Part shown: positions 50,200-61,834 of the stretch, piece by piece | Layout of the letters: every line of letters begins with the position of its first letter | Numbering within the stretch: the first letter of the stretch is position 1 | Assembly (NCBI GenBank): GCA_964016885.1 | Contig: OZ024743.1 | Location: 365,242,001-365,306,000 of the forward strand | Direction of reading: 5' to 3' | Source of the DNA: Eledone cirrhosa | Taxonomy: Eukaryota | Length of the DNA: 64,000 nucleotides | Notes under the pieces: model-generated | Seen by the model: the letters and a program-made list of their open reading frames with translations, nothing else | Told to the model about the DNA's origin: nothing | Database searches by the model: none | Position numbers and translations under genes: made by a program

Positions 50200-51410
50200 A
50201 TTCTTTTTTCTTCGAAGATTGACAGGAGATGGGCTGGAAGCCAAACTAAGAGAATACATAACCTATGTATATTATGAAGGAGGTTGATATTATTGGAAGT
50301 GTGAGTAGAGAGATAAGGAGAGGTAGAGCATAAGACACAGGCAGCAATAGGTGAAATGTCTGAAATTGATATTCTTTATTAACTAGCGTCCTATTGTTTT
50401 GTTATTGATGTCTGTATTATTTTTGTTGATATTATATTATTATTGCTACTGTTGGTACTGTAACTGTTGTTATTGTTACTATTGTTGATACTGTAGCTCT
50501 TGTTGTTACTGTTGTTGTTTTGTTAGTGCTATGGTTGAGCTTTTAAGGATTTTGTTTCTCAGAGTTTACAGCCCTTTGAAGTCACTGTTTATCTTCATCA
50601 AGGCAAACAAGATGTATAACCTACAACAGGAATGTTATTAATCAAACACTGCATACTACTGTTGCATTGGATGATTGCAAACATAAAGCCACGAAAATCA
50701 TAGGTTAGCAATAGATTATAGAAAGAAGAAAAAAAGAAAGCGAAAGAAAGAAGGAGAAGGATTTTTGTATAAACGTAAATGTGAGTTACCAAAAATATAT
50801 ATTTATTTCCACCTAATTCTCATTCTCATGTACGTTTATCTAAAGCAAGCCCCTTGAACCATGCATTATAGAAAGAAGACAGCCTTAAAATTTAGTTTGC
50901 GAGGGTAAATACAAGTATTTTAACCATTTTGGTACCAAACCAAACCAAACTACCTCTGGTTCAACGAAATCAAACCAACCATTTTAAAGGGTTTCTATTT
51001 AAATATAAATCTAACAAAATTAGATATAAAAACATATCTTTATGTTACAAACACCAAGTTAATAATGAAATGGTAAATTTTGTAAATCACTCCAAATTCT
51101 TCATTAATTAATTGAAATATGGTACATTTCATTTGGAATATTGTCACGGAAGAGTTAAGGGATTTATATATTACAATGAATACAGTAGCGTATATATAGA
51201 ATGGATTATTTGTAACAAAGCGTGGACGATTATCTTAATGGAGAGAACTCCTCTCTCCTTTGTCATCTTATATCGCAAGACAAAAAAATAACATTTCTGT
51301 TTTTACTCAATGACAGTCCTTGAAAACTTCTGTATGACCTTTTCTTAATCTGAACATTAATCAGAAAGTGCAGTTGTAGATTTTCATTAATGATGATGAT
51401 GATGATGATA

Positions 51411-51960
51411 ATTGTTCCTATTTTTGGCACAAGGCTAGCAATTTGAAGGGAAGGGGAGAGTCGATTAAAGTGACCTCGGTACGTTACTGGTATTTTATTT
51501 TATCGACCCCGTAAGGATGAAAGACAAAGCTAACTTCGGCGGGATTTGAACTTAGAACGTAAAAGGCTATAACTATGTGCTGCAAAGTATGTTGCCCGAG
51601 GCTTTGCCGACACTGCCAATACGCCACCTTTAGTAATAATAATGATTTCTACTTTAGGCACAAGGCCAGCAATTCGTGGGAAGGGAAAAACTGATTATAT
51701 CAATCCTAAGTACTTACCTGGCACTTTATCGATCTCGAAGGGTGAAAGAAAAATTTAACTCAGAACGTAAAACAAACAGAAGCAAATTCTGCAAAGCCTT
51801 GTATCCTACGCTTGAACGATTCTGTCAACCCACCGCCCTTAATATGATGTTTTCTAATTTAGGCACACTGTGATGTCAAGTTGAACTCGGCGGGATTTGA
51901 ACTCGGAATGTAAAGAGCAAACACCACAACGCATTTTTCAGGTGCTCTACTGGTTCGTTG
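51411..51960 (-). mobile_element. Cluster of three SINE copies or fragments
   Basis: GGCACAAGG(C/T)..GCAATT and GGCGGGATTTGAAC motifs at ~51425, ~51657 and ~51890. Confidence 0.7.
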
Positions 51961-52286
51961 GTTCCGAGGATGAGTGTTCCAGATTTTCGACAACCTAATT
52001 TCCCTCAAAATGCTCGGGTCGATTTAAAACAGTAATAAAAGACACTGTCACAAAATAGTAAGCAAAGGAATCAAACCTGGAATCTAATGATGCGAAGCGA
52101 AGTTGTAAACCATTCCGTGATGCTGCGTGCATGATTGTGTAAGTATTCACTATAGAGAAAGCAATCAGAAGAATTCGATTAGCGAAATTAAAAGAGTGAG
52201 GCAAGATTTCGTTTCGGTAAGAAATAAGACAAGACAAATGTAGTTTTACTGAGGAAAGTAATTAAAAACAGGTTTAGCTGATGTCA

Positions 52287-52332
52287 TTTTCGTGACTATT
52301 CCCCATAAGCTTATGGGGAATAGTCACGAAAA
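52287..52332. repeat. Perfect 46-bp spacer-less palindrome
   Basis: TTTTCGTGACTATTCCCCATAAG|CTTATGGGGAATAGTCACGAAAA. Confidence 0.95.
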
Positions 52333-53355
52333 ATATCGTTATCTAAAGTAAGAAACATTATAAAATGTAGGTTATATCAAAGAAACGTATGCCGAATACA
52401 TTTGTTGGACCGCCCCAGAGAGATTTGAACTCAGAAAGTAAAAGGGCATAACCAAAAGCGCAAGCCACTTTGTTCGTCGTTTTACCGAATATTTCATTCA
52501 TGCCTTCACAATATCAACAGAAAGAAAGACTAGGTCTGTTTTGCAAATTCATTCTCTCTTATATATGTGTTTGTGCGGATGTATATAGCTTGTTCTACTA
52601 GTTTATTTGAATACTCAGTTTTTTATTAATATTTTTTACTCTGTAAATTTCATTTTTTAAACCATAAATCAATACAGACAGAAATACAATGCAATAAATA
52701 TAGTGGATACTACAATTACTAAAAGTTTAAAAAACATGCTTAAATTGTATTATATGAATCAAAAGCATACTAAGTATATAGAATACTTTAATAAAAATCT
52801 CATAAAACAGAACACAAAATAGATTGTACCAAATGATCAAGTAACACTAATAATTAAAAAGTTCTTATCAGTAACGAATCACAAGCCTGTATGCCCTCCA
52901 ACAAGCTACTAATGACCAATGCGATTTACAAATTTGATTGCAAAACTGAAACATGTAAAATTCCTGACTCAAACTGATATATAAGTAGAATGCCCTCTAG
53001 TCACCATGCACTTACAACAATGAGCGAGTGCAGTGCACATCATTCAACAGAAAACAAAATGACACAAGAAAAACATCAATAAACACATTAATACCGCACA
53101 CAATTCCCTACAAAATAGACGTTTAATGATGAAAGCGATGCTAAAATGTACACACAGATGAAGTATACATATAAATCGAAAGCGACAGACAGAATTTTAT
53201 AACAGGAATATCGAGGAATGCTGTGTTGCATGAATTCGATGTTGTTTCTCGTTAATCAGTTAATTCAATTAGCAGACAACAAACATTACGCTGTATTTTT
53301 GAACGACTTCAGGTTATTCATGTCGAAAATGCAGGTTTGATGTCATCCCTGTTAC

Positions 53356-53391
<36 letters not shown>

Positions 53392-53408
53392 TTTCGACTC
53401 ATGAATTA

Positions 53409-53554
<146 letters not shown>

Positions 53555-53692
53555 TAAATCTACTACTCAATGGTAGGGTCTAAACCGTATAAAGAACTCA
53601 ATGTAAACCGTATGTAGAAGATGTCGTGAAGCAAAGTTTAAAATACAAAAATGTAATCAACGATATAATTCAAATGGATACAGAGTCAAAAT

Positions 53693-54065
53693 AGAAATAT
53701 TAAAACAATGAAATTAAACACAAAACTGTTAATTCATAGTAAAACTCATTATTTTACGATCGTTTCTGGGGGGTAGTTCCCTGTATGTCCATTCAATTAT
53801 TGATCTATGTAAAACATATTACAAAATATCATAGTAAGAAAAAGATACATACGTCTTCACTACCCGCCGTCTTCAGAAATAATGAAGACGGCGGGTAGTG
53901 AAGACGTATGTATCTTTTTCTTACTATGATATTTTGTAATATGTTTTACATAGATCAATAATTGAATGGACATACAGGGAACTACCCCCCAGAAACGATC
54001 GTAAAATAATGAGTTTTACTATGAATTAACAGTTTTGTGTTTAATTTCATTGTTTTAATATTTCT
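53693..54065. repeat. Long inverted repeat (~183-bp arms, 7-bp spacer) made of pLTR-like sequence
   Basis: 53693-53875 is the reverse complement of 53883-54065. Confidence 0.95.
53747..53884 (-). ncRNA. Hammerhead motif with ~100-nt domain II
   Basis: CATTATTT-CTGAAGA-cGGCGGGTAGT...ACTACCCCCCa-GAAACGATCGTA-AAATAATG; 8-bp stem I, palindromic stem III. Confidence 0.7.
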
Positions 54066-54089
54066 CTCTCTCTCTATATATATATATAG

Positions 54090-54121
<32 letters not shown>

Positions 54122-54769
54122 CTGTGTGTGTCTGTGTGTCTCTGTGTGTGTGTCTGTGTCTCTATGTGTGTGTGTCTGTGTGTGTGTCTGTGTGTGTGTC
54201 TGTCTGTGTGTGTGTCTGTGTGTGCGGTGCATGTGTGTAATTCTTTTTATCTTTTAGCGGCAAATGAGTATACTTTCAAACGTACATCGCATCCATTTTG
54301 GAATTTCTATTTCATAAAACTGACAAGTAGTGTTGGTCCTCACGATAACCTAGAAAATCTTAGAAAGTATTGAAACAAGATAGATATCCCTTTTACATCT
54401 AATTGCTTAGTTCGCTGTAATATCTACGACTAATTTTTCAAATATTTTAAAAACTTTATTTACAGTAGTAAATTGATGTTTATATTATAAAAACAATTTA
54501 ATAGAAAAAGAAAAAAAAATAGATTGAGAAGAAAGAGGGAATGTAAAATAAAAAAATATAAAAAGAAGCGGAAAGGGAAGGGAAAGGCAAGGGCTCTAGT
54601 GTCACAGAAGTATAGCGAGGTGGAATAGGGAGGGGTGATTGGGTTCTGGGTCTAGGGCGCAGCAGTAATGAGGCTGTGCCCCGAGGACAAGACTCCAAAA
54701 GGATTCTTTTGATTTAAAATGTCAAGTTCATTAAACTGAAATTTTGTTTAGGAATGGAAATGGTTTCTA

Positions 54770-55165
54770 AATTTTAAACGCTGTGTCAGTGTTATTGTAT
54801 GGATCAGGTACATGAACCTTGATACAAGTACTTTAGAAGAAACTAGATGGTGCATACACTAAAATACTTAGGGTTGTACAAAATATAAACTGGCATCAAC
54901 GTATTACCAATGAAAGTTTATATGGAATCTTGCCCAAGATAACAACTACAATTGTTTAAAGACAAATCCAATTTCCAGGACATTACAGGGGAAGTAAGCA
55001 AGAAGTTACTATTGTGGAAACTAACTCACGGGAGTCGCAGGAGGAGGAGGCCTGGTCTATCAACTTTCAGTCGATATAGACCTCAGTAAGGAGCAGTTAC
55101 CAGGGGCAATAGAAAATCGTGAATTGTGGAGTGACAATGTCAGGAATGTTCAACCGTGGTCTCAA
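54770..55165 (+). mobile_element. Degenerate RTE-like LINE 3' fragment
   Basis: Manual translation KLDGAYTKILRVVQNINW..TNESLYG resembles KLDGYYTRMLRAALNVS at 62140-62325. Confidence 0.65.
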
Positions 55166-55224
55166 TGATTCGAGATGTAAAAGGTTGCATGCCTATGTGA
55201 TTGTTGATTCCAGTTTGATAAAAG

Positions 55225-55720
55225 AAATTGGGGCTTTTGATGCAAACAGGATCTGAAGATTTCTGTTTTTGAGTTTAGGTAAAATCCTGAATTTCTCACT
55301 TAGGAAGAGCGAGCATTTTTTGCTTCCATTTTTATATGGTGTTGAGTTTTCAAGCACTTTCCATGTGATGACATGGGGGTATTCTTCATTCTTTTAGCTG
55401 CCAGACGGTTTTTACCAGTGCTATAATGGAATGTTAAGATGGCTAAATGAGGAAAGGTGCAGTTAGAAACTTTGATACGGTTCTGTGTCCCATCCATAAA
55501 ATCAAAAATAACTGCAAAGAGCAAAACTGTAATGTTAAATCCATAATTTACGAAAGACATCAAATACACAAACGTTAAGAAGCCAGAAACCTGCGAAAAG
55601 CATGTAGACATGGTCCTAGACCGTTTTAAACAAAGGTTCTACCTGCAACTTTTCGCATTTAGACATCCCGATATGAAAACCACCACACCACTGGCAAAAT
55701 GGTCTGGCTGGTAAAAGAAA
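55225..55720 (-). mobile_element. Degenerate PLE GIY-YIG C-terminal fragment
   Basis: Manual translation VWQLKE..ITWKVLE..PYKNGSKKCSL.LSEK..LNSKTEIFRSCLH resembles the EN ends at ~6600-6780 and ~26900-27100. Confidence 0.6.
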
Positions 55721-55862
55721 TAGGAATAAAGATTGACATCACATTCGTATATATGCAATAAGTTATCTCACTCAAAAGCCTGTAAAAATATACTGTTTGT
55801 CTCGAACATCGATCTACTATATAAAACAAATAACATGATAGCGAACATTACCAAACTTTTAT

Positions 55863-56675
<813 letters not shown>

Positions 56676-56688
56676 ATATATATATATA

Positions 56689-56875
56689 AAACAAAGGAAT
56701 TGTGGTAAGGAACCAGATGGACCATAACGCACCAGAGTACTCAATACTTAGGGTAGTAGAGTGGGAAATAGGAAAAAGTATGACCCCGACGGCAGAGCTC
56801 AAGCCGTTTCTGTATCCAGAAATAGCCGTCGAAACGGCTTGAGCTCTGCTGTCGGGGTCATACTTTTTCCTATAT
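56689..56875. mobile_element. Small hairpin-forming element in (TA)n, copy 1
   Basis: ATAGGAAAAAGTATGACCCCGAC..GCCGTTTC and its reverse complement; sibling at 60658-60852. Confidence 0.8.
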
Positions 56876-57155
56876 ATATATATATATTTCCTATATATAT
56901 ATATATATATGGAAACACAAAGCAGGCTTTGTTTACAAAGAATATATATATGGCCTGAATTCCTTTCAGAGTTCATTGTCACGCGCATGTATTGTTTTTT
57001 TTTTGCGGTAATTCACTTCCTCATTTTTTTAATCAGTTCGAGCACTTCTTTTAGAACTGCTGGACTGGCAACCTGACAGATACCTCAGGCACAGAAAGTG
57101 ATTATCGCTAAATGCTGATGTTGGTTAGATTATCAATATTAGTATTATTGGGGAA

Positions 57156-57282
57156 CCCACTGATGAATTATAGGAGCCCACTTGAATATATATCTATTGA
57201 TGGTATACAAGCTCCTACATAAATTGGTATAATTTCACCCAAATTGTAGGAATCCTATAATGAAACGAGACGTCCGTCTGGG
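57156..57282 (+). ncRNA. Hammerhead motif with ~95-nt branched domain II
   Basis: CCCA-CTGATGA-ATTATAGGA...TCCTATAAT-GAAACG agacgtc CGTC-TGGG. Confidence 0.75.
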
Positions 57283-57458
57283 AAGAGATATATTAGATAT
57301 GTCTCATTTTGAAATAATACAGCCAATTTTCCACGCAATACTTTTAGTTAGCACCCCGAACGCATAATTGGGAATATAATCACTTATTTCCTAATGTTTG
57401 TTGAGTGAGTTGGAATTTGGCCGGAGTATCGCTAAAAAGCTTTCTCCGATATTGTATT

Positions 57459-57512
<54 letters not shown>

Positions 57513-57550
57513 TATTAAATAAATATATTTATGTGCATATATATATATAA

Positions 57551-57590
<40 letters not shown>

Positions 57591-57714
57591 ATGTATATAT
57601 AATGTATTTTGCAATACACTTTATGCTTAATTAAAAGCATTTTGAAGACCGTAAGCTATTGTTTTAAAGTAGTGACAAATTCACTCACTTTGATCTCAGC
57701 AAACAGGGGAGATA

Positions 57715-57758
57715 AGCCGACATGACATGTTTCGCTTTTGTTGAAGCTTATCAAGGCC
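57715..57758 (-). ncRNA. Hammerhead motif, U3-A8 covariant core (unit 1)
   Basis: GGCC-TTGATAA-GCTT caacaa AAGC-GAAACAT gtc ATGTC-GGCT. Confidence 0.7.
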
Positions 57759-58030
57759 AACTACCCCGCCTGTCTACTGAGATCAATGATGTTATATTCT
57801 TATAGAAATCTAGTAAATAATCAGGAGCTGATTATGCAGAGCGGTTGTTGGTCAGGCAGAAATTAAAAATTAGAATTGGAGCTCTGAAATAGTAATATAT
57901 ATATGGATGTATATATAATGTATTTTGCAATACACTTTATGCTTAATTAAAAGCATTTTGAAGACCGTAAGCTATTGTTTTAAAGTAGTGACAAATTCAC
58001 TCACTTTGATCTCAGCAAACAGGGGAGATA

Positions 58031-58074
58031 AGCCGACAACACATGTTTCGCTTTTGTTGAAGCTTATCAAGGCC
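58031..58074 (-). ncRNA. Hammerhead motif, U3-A8 core (unit 2)
   Basis: As unit 1, but stem III is ACA tgtgt TGT. Confidence 0.65.
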
Positions 58075-58542
58075 AACTACCCCGCCTGTCTACTGAGATC
58101 AATGATGTTATATTCTTATAGAAATCTAGTAAATAATCAGGAGCTGATTATGCAGAGCGGTTGTTGGTCAGGCAGAAATTAAAAATTAGAATTGGAGCTC
58201 TGAAATAGTAATATATATATGGATGTATATATAATGTATTTTGCAATACACTTTATGCTTAATTAAAAGCATTTTGAAGACCGTAAGCTATTGTTTTAAA
58301 GTAGTGACAAATAGCTTAGTGAACAATAGCTTACGGTCTTCAAAATTCTTTTAATTAAGCATAAAGTGTATTGCAAAATACATTATATATACATCCATAT
58401 ATATATTACTATTTCAGAGCTCCAATTCTAATTTTTAATTTCTGCCTGACCAACAACCGCTCTGCATAATCAGCTCCTGATTATTTACTAGATTTCTATA
58501 AGAATATAACACCATTGATCTCAGTAGACAGGCGGGGTAGTT

Positions 58543-58586
58543 GGCCTTGATAAGCTTCAACAAAAGCGAAACATGTCATGTCGGCT
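58543..58586 (+). ncRNA. Hammerhead motif, U3-A8 core (inverted unit)
   Basis: Identical to the unit 1 motif. Confidence 0.7.
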
Positions 58587-58746
58587 TATCTCCCCTGTTT
58601 GCTGAGATCAAAGTGAGTGAATTTGTCACTACTTTAAAACAATAGCTTACGGTCTTCAAAATGCTTTTAATTAAGCATAAAGTGTATTGCAAAATACATT
58701 ATATATACATCCATATATATATTACTATTTCAGAGCTCCAATTCTA

Positions 58747-58808
<62 letters not shown>

Positions 58809-58901
58809 GGGGGGGGGGGGCAGAAGGGATATTGAATTTGTTGGTAATTCAACAAATATAAATGTTTATAACTGATTCTGAAGTATAATATTCAATGATA
58901 T

Positions 58902-58952
<51 letters not shown>

Positions 58953-59721
58953 TTAGGCTTGAAGGTTCACCACTGGAAAATTCCGTGTGGTAATAATATG
59001 GAGAGTACTCAACGTAAAGCAGCTCAACCGTCTTCGTTTGTGTAGTTGGTGGTGCGAGTACGGAGTTAAATATTATAATAAAATAACAGGAGGCTGGACT
59101 TGTGTAAATCCGTGAAAGGTTTATTATACTATGATCTTTTCAATGACCGGGTTCCGTATTAATCCGGTGATATCATCAGGTATTTGAAATATAATAAATG
59201 AATGTACCAGATAAAATCCATGGGGCTGAAAATCATAGACCCGAGGACAACCGACCATCTAACATCTTCCACTTTAGCCGGTCGCCCTCAAGTGGTGCCA
59301 ATTCGGCCTACTTAAGGCTATCTGGTGAGGGGGCTAAAGCTTATAGTGTGCTACTAACCTCCCGGTCAAAGAGAAGAAAAACAGAAAGGAAGAAGAAGAA
59401 AAGTCAGTGTTAATGTCATGCTACAAGAAAAAAGACAGAAAGAAAGAGGAAGAAAAGTCAGCATTAATGCCATGCTACAGTCAGGCCAGGAATTGCCGTG
59501 AAAAAAGTTATTCTAAAGGACCCGTATCTTAACAGAGGTATATATTATAACAGAGGTATATATAGTGGGGGTCTACATGGTATAATGTGTGAGCAGAAGA
59601 TTGGAACGTTAAATTTTGTTTAGATTTATAGGATGAAGTTAAAAAAATTAAAGATTAACATTATAAAATTAAAAAATTAGAAATTAAACAGTTTAAAAAA
59701 CTTTTTAAGGTTTTGGGTTGC

Positions 59722-59772
59722 GAGGTTTAGTTAAAGAAAGAGTCTTTTATGAAGAAACTTTATTGTTATTTT

Positions 59773-59846
<74 letters not shown>

Positions 59847-59895
59847 AATAACAATAAAGTTTCTTCATAAAAGACTCTTTCTTTAACTAAACCTC
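59722..59895. repeat. Palindrome centred on (TA)n
   Basis: GAGGTTTAGTTAAAGAAAGAG...(TA)n...CTCTTTCTTTAACTAAACCTC. Confidence 0.95.
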
Positions 59896-60293
59896 TAAAT
59901 CCTTTCACATATTTCACCAGAAAATTCTTTAACCAATTTCCCTCCTTATGTACGATACATAAGATACATAAGATACGTAGTTGATTGATCCATAAATGGT
60001 AAATTTAAGATACAAAATATGTTAGACATTTGCTAATGAAAAGTATAAAGTAATCGGTAGGGGTGGATGAGAATGATGTGAAATAAACATGTTTATAAAA
60101 GGCCTCAACAAGAGAGAACATTCTTAAATTTTATCTGATATATTCATTTCATTCCCAGTTTGTTGTGTACATACCATTAAACCAAACACCGTTGTTTCAT
60201 TGGCTGTGTAGATGCCTTACGTATTCATATATATGTATATGTATATATTTATATGTGTGTGTGTTTGTGTGTGTGTGTTTGTGTGTGTGTGTG

Positions 60294-60346
<53 letters not shown>

Positions 60347-60363
60347 TATATGTACATTTGTAT

Positions 60364-60407
<44 letters not shown>

Positions 60408-60610
60408 CAAGGAAACAAGAAACAAACAAGCTGATGCAATAACATGAAGTGTATTAGTTTCACGCTTGGAAGAAGAAGAATGAGTTACATAGTCAAAGTA
60501 TCGGGCATTTGTCCTTCATCAAGAAAAAAACAAAACAAAAGGAAAAGTGCGAAGAAAATAAAAAAAGTTGTTAAAATTAAAAACTAAAATAAAATAGATA
60601 TATACATACA

Positions 60611-60657
<47 letters not shown>

Positions 60658-60659
<2 letters not shown>

Positions 60660-60852
60660 CAAAGGAATTGTGGTAAGGAACCAGATGGGCCATAACGCAC
60701 AAGAGTACTCAATACTTACGGTAGTAGAGTGGGAAATAGGGAAAAGTATGACCCGATGGCAGAGCTGAAGCCGTTTCGGCGGCTATTTCTGAGTCCAGAA
60801 ATGGCCGTCGAAACGGCTTGAGCTCTGACGTCGGGGTCATACTTTTTCCTAT
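60658..60852. mobile_element. Small hairpin-forming element in (TA)n, copy 2
   Basis: Homologous to 56689-56875, with a longer hairpin (..CGGCTATTTCTG agtc CAGAAATGGCCG..). Confidence 0.8.
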
Positions 60853-60873
60853 ATATATATATATACGCTGTAT

Positions 60874-60910
<37 letters not shown>

Positions 60911-60951
60911 AAAAGCGAAGTAGTTTCAGATGTTCAAGTCCTTTAATAATA

Positions 60952-61141
60952 ATTGTTTCTACATTTGGCACAAGGCCAGCAATTACCCAGTGTATTACTG
61001 GTACTTTATTTTATCGACCCCGAAAGGATGAAAGGCAAAGTTAACCTCGGCGCGATTTGAACTCAGAATGGCAAGGACCGTAACTCTATGCGTCAAAGCA
61101 TGGCGTCCAACCCTCTACCGATACTGCCAATCCTCCGCCAG
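60952..61141 (-). mobile_element. SINE copy (near full length)
   Basis: GGCACAAGGCCAGCAATT..ATCGACCCCGAAAGGATGAAAGGCAAAG..ATTTGAACTCAGAA..CTGCCAATCCTCCGCC. Confidence 0.8.
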
Positions 61142-61156
61142 TCCTTTAATAATAAT

Positions 61157-61230
61157 GCTGTGATATATATTTCAGTGACGACACTGGCCACACTGTTCTG
61201 TGTGCGAGTGTCGTGTCATCATCAGACAGC
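61157..61230 (-). ncRNA. Hammerhead motif with extended stem II
   Basis: GCTGT-CTGATGA-tgacACGACACT..CACAC agaaca GTGTG..AGTGTCGTcact-GAAATATATATC-ACAGC. Confidence 0.7.
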
Positions 61231-61834
61231 TTGTTACATAATAAGGTTATGTTTCCGAAGCAATCAAAATTGGATCGACAAGGGAACGGATGAATTGCGT
61301 GTTCTTGGGTTTTTCATCCGCTCCCTTGTGAGTACCAATTCACCCCCACCGGCCTGCGCAAGCGCATGTCCGAAGGAAGTTGACCATTCTTGAATTGAAT
61401 TGCATCAATGTTTACCCTAATATATATACATATATATACGCTGTATAAAGGATTTAATTATGTATTTAATTATGAAGTCAAACGTTTGCATGTCTAACAA
61501 ATAAGACTGTCCATTTTAGTTATTTTTCTATATTCTATCATACATGATATATACAGCATTTCTATAGTAGTATTCCTTCATACATAGTATCATGGCTTTT
61601 GTTATTGTCTGATGAGAATAAAATACTATCTGAAATGTATCAGGATAATCTGTTTTTCTATGTACTTGAAAGTTTTTACATTTCAATTCGTTATTCATTA
61701 CAAAAATCTTCAAATATACATATACATTCATATATATTAACTGTGCTTGGATTTTCTGTCTCAATACTTGAATACATGTATTGTCTTTCGCATGAATTAA
61801 GATTCTGAAGCATATGCTGTCGCAGCACTTACTA

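Larger units (their letters stand above)
57588..58751. repeat. 316-bp HHR-containing tandem repeat (2.3 direct units, then ~1.35 inverted units from 58322)
   Basis: Unit starts at 57588, 57904 and 58220; 58322-58751 is the reverse complement. Confidence 0.95.
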
